Part shown: positions 41,282-49,869 of the stretch, piece after piece | How the letters are laid out: each line of letters starts with the position of its first letter | How positions within the stretch are numbered: the first letter of the stretch is position 1 | Source of the DNA: Burkholderiales bacterium | GTDB taxonomy: Bacteria; Pseudomonadota; Gammaproteobacteria; Burkholderiales; SG8-39 | DNA length: 64,000 nt | Assembly: GCA_036496555.1 (NCBI GenBank) | Contig: DASXKY010000058.1 | Span: 4,115-68,114, forward strand | Direction: 5' to 3' | Made by a program: the position numbers and the translations under genes | Notes under the pieces: generated by a model | What the model was told of the DNA's origin: nothing | The model's input: only the letters and a program-made list of their open reading frames with translations | Database searches by the model: none

Positions 41282-42493
41282 ATGCGGCCCATCAAACGCT
41301 TCCTGCCACTCGGCCTGGTGATCCTCGCGCTCGCCGCGGCGTGCGCGGGCGGCTGGTACTGGACACGCGCCAAGCCCGGCGCCGGCGAGGTGCGCTACCG
41401 CACCGCCAAGGTCCAGCGCGGGCCGATCGCGGCGCTCGCTTCCGCGAGCGGCACGCTGAATGCCGTTTCCATCGTGCAAGTCGCGCCGCCCATCCCCGGC
41501 CAGGTGAAGGACATCCTGGCCGACTTCAACACGCCGGTGAAGAAAGACCAGGTGCTGGCGCGCCTCGACGCGGCGGCCTTCGAGCTGCGCGCGAGCCAGG
41601 CGCGCGCCGACGTCGACGCGGCGCGCAGCGCGCTCGGGCTCTCGCGCGCCAACGCGGCGGCCGCCGAGGCCGAGGCGGCGCGCCTGCGCGCGGCCGAGCG
41701 CGATGCCGAGCGCGAGCTCGGGCGCAAGAAGCCGCTCGCCGAGAAGAGCTTCATCTCGCCGGCGGAGTGGGACCGCACCAAGGCGGCGCTCGGCGCCGCC
41801 CGGGACAACGCCAAGGCGGCCGAGGCGCAGCTGAACGGCGCGCACGCGCGGCTCGCCGCGGCGGCGACCCACATCAAGCAGCGCGAGGCGCTCGCCAGCC
41901 AGGCGCAAGCCGAGCTCGAGCGCACCGTGATCCGCGCGCCGGTGGACGGCACGGTGATCCTGCGCAACGTCGAGGCCGGGCAGAGCGTGGCGCCGGGCCG
42001 CCAGGCCGCCGCGCTCTTCACCATCGCGCAGGATCTCCACATGATGCAGCTCGACGCGGCGATGAGCACGGCCGACGCCGCGCACCTGCGCGAAGGCCAG
42101 CAGGCGAGCTTCGCCGTCGACGCGCTGCCGCGGCGCCGCTTCACGGGCACGGTGCGCGAGATCCGCCGCTCCGCGGCGACGGAGGAGGCGTCCGGCTATA
42201 CCGTCGTGATCGCGGTGCCCAATCCCGACCTCGCCTTGCTGCCGGGCATGGCGGCCAAGGTCAGCATCACGCTCGACAGCCGCGCCAGCGCCCTCAAGCT
42301 GCCGAACGCCGCGCTGCGCTTTCGGCCTGCTTCTGATCCGGATGGCGGGCGCGTGTGGATGTTCCTCGAAGGCGAGCTGGTGCCGGTCGAGGTGCGGCTC
42401 GGCATCAGCGACGGCGCCTTCACCGAGATCGTCGCCGGGCCGCTCGCCGCGGGCGACGAGGTGGTGGTGGGCGCCGCGCAGGCTGCGCAGTAG
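41282..42493 (+). CDS. HlyD/MacA-type periplasmic efflux adaptor subunit (no cognate pump gene nearby)
   Basis: N-terminal TM, a lipoyl-like half (GQVKDILADFNTPVKKDQVLARLD...IRAPVDGTVILRNVEAGQSV), and a long coiled-coil hairpin between the two halves. Confidence 0.85.
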   Translation: MRPIKRFLPLGLVILALAAACAGGWYWTRAKPGAGEVRYRTAKVQRGPIAALASASGTLNAVSIVQVAPPIPGQVKDILADFNTPVKKDQVLARLDAAAFELRASQARADVDAARSALGLSRANAAAAEAEAARLRAAERDAERELGRKKPLAEKSFISPAEWDRTKAALGAARDNAKAAEAQLNGAHARLAAAATHIKQREALASQAQAELERTVIRAPVDGTVILRNVEAGQSVAPGRQAAALFTIAQDLHMMQLDAAMSTADAAHLREGQQASFAVDALPRRRFTGTVREIRRSAATEEASGYTVVIAVPNPDLALLPGMAAKVSITLDSRASALKLPNAALRFRPASDPDGGRVWMFLEGELVPVEVRLGISDGAFTEIVAGPLAAGDEVVVGAAQAAQ

Positions 42494-42555
42494 TCCGCGA
42501 CCCCGCGCTGTAACCCCCGCAAGGTCGACGCTCGGGCCGCAGGTACACTTCGGCC

Positions 42556-43485
42556 ATGGCGTCGTGTCTGGTCCTGGGAGGGGGCGGCTTCATCGGCTCG
42601 CATTTGGCAGAGGCGCTGCTCTCCGCCGGGCACCGCGTGCGGCTTTTCGAGCGTCCGCACCTCATGGCGCTGACCGCGCCCGCAACCGCTGCGAAGGCGG
42701 AGATCGTCACCGGCGACTTTCTCAACTACGGCGACCTCGCGCGCGCGCTGTCGGGTATCGAGGTGGTGTTCCACCTCATTTCCACCACCCTGCCCAAGCC
42801 GTCCAATGACAACCCGGTGTATGACGTCGAGACCAACCTGGTCGGCTCGCTTCGCCTGCTCGAGCTCTGCCGGGCGCACCGCGTGCGCAAGGTCGTTTTC
42901 AGCTCTTCCGGCGGCACGGTGTACGGCGTGCCGGCCACCGTCCCGATCGCCGAGGCCCATCCGACCGAGCCGCTCTGCTCCTACGGCATCCAGAAGCTCG
43001 CCATCGAGAAATACCTCCAGCTCGAGCACGCCCTGCACGGACTCGACTATTGCATCCTGCGGCCGTCGAACCCTTACGGCGAGCGCCAGCGCACCGACGT
43101 CGCGCAGGGTGCGATCGCGGTGTTCCTCGAGCGCGCGCTGCGCGGCGAGCCGATCGAGATCTGGGGCGACGGCTCCGTCGTGCGCGACTACGTCTACGTC
43201 GGCGACGTCGCCGAGGCGTTCGTGCGCGCGGTCTCCTACGAAGGCGCGCAGCGCGTCTTTAACGTCGGCTCGGGTACCGGCACCAGCCTGAAAGAGCTGA
43301 TCGAGAAGATCGGCGCCCTGCTCGGCCGCAAGCCGGCAGTCGACTACCGGCCGGCGCGGCGCGTCGACGTGCCGATCAACGTTCTCGACTCCTCGGCCGC
43401 AGCCCGCCACCTCGGCTGGCGGGCGCGCACCCCGCTCGCGCAAGGCCTGCAGCGCACCTGCGACTGGATGCGCGCCGCGCGGTGA
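42556..43485 (+). CDS. NAD-dependent nucleotide-sugar epimerase/dehydratase (SDR)
   Basis: VLGGGGFIGSHLAEALL Rossmann motif, and YGIQK, which is the YxxxK catalytic motif. Confidence 0.9.
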   Translation: MASCLVLGGGGFIGSHLAEALLSAGHRVRLFERPHLMALTAPATAAKAEIVTGDFLNYGDLARALSGIEVVFHLISTTLPKPSNDNPVYDVETNLVGSLRLLELCRAHRVRKVVFSSSGGTVYGVPATVPIAEAHPTEPLCSYGIQKLAIEKYLQLEHALHGLDYCILRPSNPYGERQRTDVAQGAIAVFLERALRGEPIEIWGDGSVVRDYVYVGDVAEAFVRAVSYEGAQRVFNVGSGTGTSLKELIEKIGALLGRKPAVDYRPARRVDVPINVLDSSAAARHLGWRARTPLAQGLQRTCDWMRAAR

Positions 43486-44630
43486 AAATCGCGCTGATCA
43501 GCCACTACTACCCGGCGCATCGGGGCGGCGTCGAACGCATCGCAGGCCAGCTCACGGAGCGGCTCGCGCGCGGCGGCGGGTTGCAGTTCGAATGGCACGC
43601 GAGCGACTGCGATCCGGCGCCGGCCCCGGCAGCAGGCATCGCCTGCGCGCCCGCTCGCAGCTGGAACGGCATCGAGCGCGGGCTCGGCCTGCCCTACCCG
43701 CTCTGGTCGCCGGCCGCGCTGCGCAAGCTCCTCCGCGCGGTGCGCTCGGCCGACGTGGTCCATCTGCACGACTGCCTGTACCTGCCGAACGTCGTCGCTT
43801 ATCTCGGCGCGCGAATCGCGCGGCGGCCGGTGCTCGTCACGCAGCACGTCGGCTGGGTACCCTACCGCAATCCGCTGCTGCGCCTCGCGCTCGCGCTCGC
43901 CAACCGCGCGCTCGGCAACCTCGTACTCGGCGGCGCCTGCCGCGTCGTCTTCGAGAGCGACGCGGTGCGGCGCTACTTCGCGCGCTTCGTACGCTTTCGC
44001 GCCGCGCCCGAGCTGGTGGCGAACGGGGTCGACACGCAGGTCTTCGCTCCCGCCGATCCCGCCGCGCGGCGCAGGCTGCGGGCGGCCTTGGGCGCGGACG
44101 AGGCGACGCCGCTGCTCCTCTTCATCGGCCGCTTCGTCGAGAAAAAAGGCCTGCCGATACTCGGCGAGCTCGCCGCGCGCTTTCCGCGCGCGCGCTGGAT
44201 CCTCGCCGGCGCCGGGCCGGTCGATCCCGCGCGCTGGCAGCGACCGAACGTGCAGGTGATCCACGCGCCGCGGCCCGACGAGATCGCGCCGCTCTATCAG
44301 GCCGCCGACCTGTTCGTGCTGCCGAGCGTCGGCGAGGGCCTGCCGCTCGCGGTGCAGGAAGCGATGGCCTGCGGCACGCCGGCGCTGGTCGGCGACGAGA
44401 CCGCCGCAGCGTGCCCGCCGCAGGCCGAGGCGCCGATCCTGCACGAGCCGACCGGCGCCAGCGACGACGCGGCGCGCTGGGCGGCGCGGCTCGAGCGCCT
44501 GCTCGCCGACCCGGCCGCGCTCGCCGCGCTGCGGCCGCGCGTCGCCGCCTTCGCGCGCCGCGAATGGGCCTGGGAGCGCTGCGTCGAGCGCTACGCAGCG
44601 CTGCTGCGCGAGTGCGCAGCCGCGCGATGA
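43482..44630 (+). CDS. Glycosyltransferase family 4 (GT-B)
   Basis: MKIALISHYYPAHRGGVE and the EX7E region VLPSVGEGLPLAVQEAMACGTPAL. GTG start overlaps the epimerase stop. Confidence 0.88.
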   Translation: MKIALISHYYPAHRGGVERIAGQLTERLARGGGLQFEWHASDCDPAPAPAAGIACAPARSWNGIERGLGLPYPLWSPAALRKLLRAVRSADVVHLHDCLYLPNVVAYLGARIARRPVLVTQHVGWVPYRNPLLRLALALANRALGNLVLGGACRVVFESDAVRRYFARFVRFRAAPELVANGVDTQVFAPADPAARRRLRAALGADEATPLLLFIGRFVEKKGLPILGELAARFPRARWILAGAGPVDPARWQRPNVQVIHAPRPDEIAPLYQAADLFVLPSVGEGLPLAVQEAMACGTPALVGDETAAACPPQAEAPILHEPTGASDDAARWAARLERLLADPAALAALRPRVAAFARREWAWERCVERYAALLRECAAAR

Positions 44631-46300
44631 GGCGCGCGCTTTTCGATCCGCGCGCGGCCGCGCTCGCCGTCGCCGCCGTCAGCGGTGCGATGGCGCTCTA
44701 TGTCCTCGCCTACACCGAATATCCGTATCCGATCTGGCGCGGCCTCATCTTCCAGTACCTCCTGCGCCATCAGGACCTCGCCGGTCTCGCGCTCGTCGCC
44801 GCGCTCGCCCTCGGCGCTTGTCTGCCGGCGACGCACCAGCCGGCGCTCGCCTTCGTGGAAAAGCTCGGCGAGCGCCCCTGGCTCGTTGCGCTCGTCGCTT
44901 TTCTGGCGCTTTGCGCCGGTATGCTGCTGCTCGCGCACGGCCATGCGCTCGCCGGCGACGAGTACCTGACGCTGATGCAGAGCCGCATCTTCGCCGCCGG
45001 GCACCTCACGGGCCAGTACCCGCCGGACCTGCTGCCGTGGCTGATGCCGGACCACTATCGCTACCGCTGGATCATGGTCTCGGCGAACGGCGGCATCGCG
45101 GCGACCTATTGGCCCGGCTTCGCCCTGGTCCTCACGCCCTTCACGCTACTCGGCGCCTCCTGGGCCTGCAATCCCGCGCTTGCCGCGCTCTCGCTGGTGC
45201 TGATGGCGAAGCTGGCTGGCCGTCTCGCCGGGGGCCCCCAGGCGAGCGGCTGGGCGATGCTCTTCGCGCTCGCCTCGCCGGGCTTCGCTGGCCTTGCGCT
45301 GTCGTACTTCTCGATGACCGCGCACCTCCTTGCCAGCCTGGCCTTCGCCTGGCTGCTGCTCGAGCCGACGCCGCGGCGGCTGGTCGGCGCAGGGCTGGTC
45401 GGCTCGGCTGCGCTGCTCCTGCACCAGCCGGTGCCGCATATGCTGTTCGCCGCACCCTGGCTGGTCTGGCTCGCGCTTCAGCCGCGCGGGCGGCGCAATC
45501 TCGCGCTCATCGCGCTCGGCTACCTGCCCGGCGTCGCCGGCGGCGTCGCCTGGGCGGCATTCCTGCGCGAGATGCACGGGTTCATCATCGCGGCGCCGTT
45601 CGCTTCCGACGGCGAGCTCGGCAACCGCATCGGCAACCTAATCTGGTACTGGCAGATGCGCACGAGCTGGATCTTCGAGGCGCCCGCCGGCTACGCGATC
45701 GGCGCGCGCCTCGGCGAGCAGGTACGGCTGTGGGCGTGGGCCGCGCCCGGGCTGCCGCTCCTCGCCGCGGCCGGCTGGTGGATGAGCCGCCGGGAGCGCG
45801 CGCTCAATCTGCTCGCGCTTTCCTTCGGCGCCACGGTGCTCGGCTACTTCCTCGTGCGCTTCGACCAAGGCTACGGCTGGGGCGCGCGCTATGTGCATCC
45901 GGCGTTCGGCGCGCTGCCCGTTCTGGCCGCCGCGGCAATGGCGCGCCTGAAGGATCGCCCTGAGGGGGCGGCGCTGCGCGGCTGGGCGGCCGCCGCGGCG
46001 GCTGCGAGCCTCGTCTTCGCCACCGCGCTGCGCGGCGGACAGATCGAGGCCTTCATGGCCGAGCACCTTTCACACCGGCCGCCCTATGTCAGCGGCGAGC
46101 GCCAGGTGGTGCTCATCAAGCATGACGTCGACTACTACTTCGACTGGGATCTGGTGCAGAACGACCCATTCCTGCGCTCGCCTACCCTCGTGCTACTCAG
46201 CCGTGGCGCCGAGGAGGACGCGCGGATGATGGCCGGGCGCTTCCCGCGTGCGCGGCGCGTCTACCAGGGACTGTACGGCGAGGTCTGGACGCTGGACTGA
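44627..46300 (+). CDS. Polytopic membrane protein, GT-C-like glycosyltransferase candidate (557 aa)
   Basis: Many TM segments. An acidic motif sits in the first predicted external loop (HALAGDEYLTLMQSRIFAAG), as in ArnT/PMT-type enzymes. C-terminal soluble region. ATG overlaps the GT4 stop. It is codon 346 of track ORF 43592..46300. Confidence 0.6.
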   Translation: MRRALFDPRAAALAVAAVSGAMALYVLAYTEYPYPIWRGLIFQYLLRHQDLAGLALVAALALGACLPATHQPALAFVEKLGERPWLVALVAFLALCAGMLLLAHGHALAGDEYLTLMQSRIFAAGHLTGQYPPDLLPWLMPDHYRYRWIMVSANGGIAATYWPGFALVLTPFTLLGASWACNPALAALSLVLMAKLAGRLAGGPQASGWAMLFALASPGFAGLALSYFSMTAHLLASLAFAWLLLEPTPRRLVGAGLVGSAALLLHQPVPHMLFAAPWLVWLALQPRGRRNLALIALGYLPGVAGGVAWAAFLREMHGFIIAAPFASDGELGNRIGNLIWYWQMRTSWIFEAPAGYAIGARLGEQVRLWAWAAPGLPLLAAAGWWMSRRERALNLLALSFGATVLGYFLVRFDQGYGWGARYVHPAFGALPVLAAAAMARLKDRPEGAALRGWAAAAAAASLVFATALRGGQIEAFMAEHLSHRPPYVSGERQVVLIKHDVDYYFDWDLVQNDPFLRSPTLVLLSRGAEEDARMMAGRFPRARRVYQGLYGEVWTLD

Positions 46301-47886
46301 ACGGGCGGCGGCATCAGATGCAGCCGGTACCAGGTCCCTCGCTCCCCGCTGCCTCTCGGCGAGAGCGCCTCGAGCGTACGGCCGTAGTGGATGCTGAGAT
46401 GGCGCTGCAGCACGTGCAGCTGCCAGTAGTCGGCGATCAGGTCGAGATCCTTGCCTGCGAGCAGCACCGCGATCACGTCGCCCTCGCCGGTCGCGTCGCG
46501 CAGGGTCTTCAGCGCATAGGGCGCATAGGTGTGCACGGCCAGTGGATAGAGGCGAAGCGGGCAGCCGTCGCGTTGCGCCGAGAGCGGCCGGTAGAGCTCC
46601 TCGTAGGCGAGGCGCTCACCCCATACGACGTATAGCCCATCGCGCGGCAGGTTGCACAGCCGCGCACGCTGGTCGAGCTCCTCCGTGCGGTCGCCGGCGT
46701 TGCGCACGCCCAGCGCGGCCGCGAGCGCGAGCACCACGGCGACGGCGACCGCCGCTTCGCTCCGCGTCGCGCCGGCCGGGCGCGCGGCGAGCGCGAAAAG
46801 CAGGATGCCGGCGAGGAGCGGAATGTAGATGCGCATGGTGTTCGGCCGGCCGAGCACCAGCAGCGCGACCATCAGCACCGCGAAGCCGGCGAGCGACCAC
46901 CAACCCGCGCGCGTGCGCGCGCGCCAAACCGCGCAGGCGGCGAGCAGAAGCGGCGCGAGGAACGATTCGTTGGCGAAGGGCGCCGCGAACTCGGGCAGGC
47001 GCTGCACGTTCGACCACCACCACGCCGGTAGCGAGACGAAGCGGGTGAGCTCGAGCAGCCGGGCCGGCGGGAAGATGCGCGGGTCGGCGAAGAACCAGCC
47101 CTCGACCATGATCAGGTCGTTCGGCACGAAGCCTAGGCGCATCGCGTGCAGCGGGTCGTGCATGAGGTATTGCCGCAGCCCGTAGTCGGTGAAGAGCATG
47201 CGCGCCGGCTGCATGTCCATGAACGGCTGCCATTCGGGCGCGGCGTAGAACGCCTGGTCGTAGAGGGCGCTCGCGCCGAGGAGCAACGCCGCGCCCGCCA
47301 GCACCGCCGCGGTTCGCCACCAGCCGGCGCGCGGCGCGCCTAGCGGCGGCGCCAGCCAGAAAGGCGCCGTGACCGCGAGCACGAGCGCCGTCTCTGCGGC
47401 GCGCACCATTCCCCCGGCGACGAGCAGCGCGCCGGCGAGCGCCGCCCCCGGCGCGGTGCGCGCCGTGGCGAGGACCAGCGCGCCGGCGAGCGCAACCAGG
47501 CCCGCGACCACGGTGAACTGCGGGTACAGCGCCGCCGGCCCGAACACCGCCAGCAGGGCGGCCGCCGCGAGCGGCGTCGGCGCGCCGGCGCGCCAAAGGA
47601 AGCGCGCCGACACCGCGCCGGCGAGGGCCAGCAGCGCATACGTCATCAGGTCGTAGGCGCGGAACCCCCACGGCGTGCCGAGCGCACCGAGCAGCCTGCC
47701 GTAGGCGACCGAGAGGTAGAAGGTGCCCGGGCTCGGCGCTTCGGCGATGCCGTAGCCGTGCACGATCATCGCCATCATGGGATCGTCGACGGTCTGCCAG
47801 TAGGGATGGCCGAGCGCGAACGGCAGCAGGAGCGCCGCGGCGAGGGCTGCGCCTACGGCGAGCGCGGCGCGACCGCCTGCGCCCAT
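46261..47886 (-). CDS. Polytopic membrane protein, GT-C-like glycosyltransferase candidate (541 aa)
   Basis: TM1, then a loop GHPYWQTVDDPMMAMIVHGYG (DD motif), many further TM segments, and a C-terminal soluble domain. Last gene of the minus-strand operon. Start overlaps the GT2 stop (TGATG). Confidence 0.55.
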   Translation of the reverse strand: MGAGGRAALAVGAALAAALLLPFALGHPYWQTVDDPMMAMIVHGYGIAEAPSPGTFYLSVAYGRLLGALGTPWGFRAYDLMTYALLALAGAVSARFLWRAGAPTPLAAAALLAVFGPAALYPQFTVVAGLVALAGALVLATARTAPGAALAGALLVAGGMVRAAETALVLAVTAPFWLAPPLGAPRAGWWRTAAVLAGAALLLGASALYDQAFYAAPEWQPFMDMQPARMLFTDYGLRQYLMHDPLHAMRLGFVPNDLIMVEGWFFADPRIFPPARLLELTRFVSLPAWWWSNVQRLPEFAAPFANESFLAPLLLAACAVWRARTRAGWWSLAGFAVLMVALLVLGRPNTMRIYIPLLAGILLFALAARPAGATRSEAAVAVAVVLALAAALGVRNAGDRTEELDQRARLCNLPRDGLYVVWGERLAYEELYRPLSAQRDGCPLRLYPLAVHTYAPYALKTLRDATGEGDVIAVLLAGKDLDLIADYWQLHVLQRHLSIHYGRTLEALSPRGSGERGTWYRLHLMPPPVQSSVQTSPYSPW

Positions 47887-48803
47887 CACCGCCGCCAGAC
47901 TTTGCGCACGATGGTAAAGGGCCGGCGCTTGGTCTCGACGAACATCTTCGACAGGTAGATGCCGATCACGCCGAGAAACGAGATCATCAGGCCGCCGAGA
48001 AGCCAGACCGACGCGATGACCGAAGTCCAGCCCGCCGGCTGCGACACCAGCCACCAGCGCAGGAAGACGTAGACCAGGTAGCCGACGGCGAGGGCCGAGA
48101 TCGCCGCGCCGAAGTAGAAGATGGCGATCAGCGGCAGGTTGCTGAACGAGGTGATCGAGTTCACCGCCAGCGTGAGCTTGCGCCGCAGCGTATAGGTCGA
48201 CTGGTTGCCGTGGAAGCCCTTGCGCACCGCGAGCGGCACCTGCTCGAAGCCGGCCATCGACCACAGGCCGGGCAGGAACAGCTCGCGCTCGCGGAAGCGC
48301 AGCAGGCTCCGCACGTAGCGCCGCGTCATCAGGCGCGCGGTGAGCATGTTGGGCGCCACCGGCTGCGGCGACAGGCGGTTGAACAGCCACCAGAACAGCT
48401 CGCCCGAGGCGCGCTCGAACCACCGGCCTTTGCGCGCCACCTGCACGCCGTACACCACATCGCAGGCGCGGTGCTCCATCTCGGCGGCGAACTGCGTCAG
48501 CAGCTCTGGCTCCTCCTCGAGGTCGACGTCGATCAGGAAAACGCGCTCGCCGCGCGCGTAGGCGAGCCCGGTCATCATCGCCTTGTGGTGGCCGAAGTTG
48601 CGCGACAGGTCGACGCCGACCACGCGGGGGTCGGCGCGCTGCAGCTCGAGCACGCGCGCGAACGCGTCGTCGGGCGAGCCGTCGTTGACGAAGACGATCT
48701 CGAAGTCGTCGGTCAACGGCTGCGCGACGCGCACGATGCGCTCGTAGAACTCCCTCACGTACGGAGCCGAATGGAACAGCGTCGCGACGATCGACAGTTT
48801 CAT
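47886..48803 (-). CDS. GT2 polyprenyl-phosphate glycosyltransferase (GtrB/ArnC-like)
   Basis: KLSIVATLFHSAPYVREFYERI...EIVFVNDGSPDD...LSRNFGHHKAMMTGL...FLIDVDLEE, plus two C-terminal TM helices. It is codon 221 of track ORF 47886..49463. Confidence 0.88.
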   Translation of the reverse strand: MKLSIVATLFHSAPYVREFYERIVRVAQPLTDDFEIVFVNDGSPDDAFARVLELQRADPRVVGVDLSRNFGHHKAMMTGLAYARGERVFLIDVDLEEEPELLTQFAAEMEHRACDVVYGVQVARKGRWFERASGELFWWLFNRLSPQPVAPNMLTARLMTRRYVRSLLRFRERELFLPGLWSMAGFEQVPLAVRKGFHGNQSTYTLRRKLTLAVNSITSFSNLPLIAIFYFGAAISALAVGYLVYVFLRWWLVSQPAGWTSVIASVWLLGGLMISFLGVIGIYLSKMFVETKRRPFTIVRKVWRR

Positions 48804-49498
48804 GGGGCGCGGAGCATAGCAGAGCGCAGACGGAACAGGACCTCGAGCCGGTTCGGAAAAGCGGCGCCCATCGCGCCGCTCCTGTAGCGCGGCCCGACGA
48901 CGCGCTCGGCGTCGCAGCGCGCCGCGTCGAACAGCGCGCGCCACTGCGCATCGGTCAGGTAGCGCGCCCACACCATGCCGCCGAAGGGCAGGTTGCCGAT
49001 GAAGTCGAGCGCGGCGAGCCGCGCGTGGTCTAGCGCGGACGCCGCCAGGTGGTCCTTGATGACGATGCAGCGCCCGCCGGTGACGCGCACCGTTTCGGCG
49101 AGCAGCGGCGCGCGCGCCGCGAGCGGCACGTGGTGCAGCACGTTGCTGAAGATCGCGCAATCGAACGCGCCGTCGCCGTGCGGGATGCGCCTGCCGTCGA
49201 AGGTGGAGTGCGCGACGCCGAGGCCGGGCAGGAAGCGGTCGACCACGTCGATCGCGGTGACGTGCTTGCCCGGGAAGAAGCGCGCGATCGTCTCGCCGAC
49301 CAGGCCGCTGCCCGCGCCGACGTCGATCACGCGGCACGGCCCTTCGGGCATCAGGGCGGCCAGGTCCTTCAGCTGCCGCAGCAGGTAGCGCGGGCGGCGC
49401 CAGCGGTAGACCGGCTGGCGCGCGGCGAGCGCGCGCTCGAGCTCGGCGTCCGGCGGGAACCATGCCGGCGCGGGCCGCGGCGCGAGCTCGGCGATCAT
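48800..49498 (-). CDS. Class I SAM-dependent methyltransferase
   Basis: RVIDVGAGSGLVGE (motif I) and AFDCAIFSNVLHHV. It is codon 134 of track ORF 48800..49897. ATGA overlaps at both ends. Confidence 0.8.
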   Translation of the reverse strand: MIAELAPRPAPAWFPPDAELERALAARQPVYRWRRPRYLLRQLKDLAALMPEGPCRVIDVGAGSGLVGETIARFFPGKHVTAIDVVDRFLPGLGVAHSTFDGRRIPHGDGAFDCAIFSNVLHHVPLAARAPLLAETVRVTGGRCIVIKDHLAASALDHARLAALDFIGNLPFGGMVWARYLTDAQWRALFDAARCDAERVVGPRYRSGAMGAAFPNRLEVLFRLRSAMLRAP

Positions 49499-49869
49499 GC
49501 CTGCCCCCGCTTCACGCGCAGCGCCCAGCGATTGGCGATCCAGTTGAAGAGGAACAGCAGCGCGGTGACGGCGGGCGCGGCGAGCGGCACCGGCACGCCC
49601 AGGAGGTCGACGAATACGTAGAGCCCCGCGAGCGACAGCGGATAATTCGCGCTCACGGTGGCGGCGTAGCGCGCGAAGGACGCGTGACCGCGCGCGGCAC
49701 CCGGGAAGGTCCAGCGCGTATGCAGCACGTAGCCGAACACGGTCACCACCGCGAGCGACACCAGCGAGGAGACGAAATAGTGCCAGCCGGCGAAATCGCC
49801 GCCGATCATGATCACGTTGTGCAGCAGCGCGCAGGCGAGGCCGACGCCGAGAAAGCGGCCGATCGCCAT
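49495..49869 (-). CDS. GtrA-family membrane protein (lipid-linked sugar translocation)
   Basis: 124 aa, four TM. RFLGVGLACALLHNVIM...GYVLHTRWTF...LFLFNWIANRWALR is the GtrA pattern. Confidence 0.85.
   Translation of the reverse strand: MAIGRFLGVGLACALLHNVIMIGGDFAGWHYFVSSLVSLAVVTVFGYVLHTRWTFPGAARGHASFARYAATVSANYPLSLAGLYVFVDLLGVPVPLAAPAVTALLFLFNWIANRWALRVKRGQA

Noticed and set aside
39853-42150. Antisense ORFs 39853..41373(-), 41270..42085(-) and 41395..42150(-) opposite soxB and the adaptor gene.
   Set aside because: Same reasoning: repetitive R/A/G/L/E composition opposite well-supported genes.
41282-42493. Calling the adaptor gene macA, as part of a MacAB-TolC pump.
   Set aside because: No macB-like ABC gene or any other pump gene follows it, so I kept the generic family call and left the gene symbol empty.
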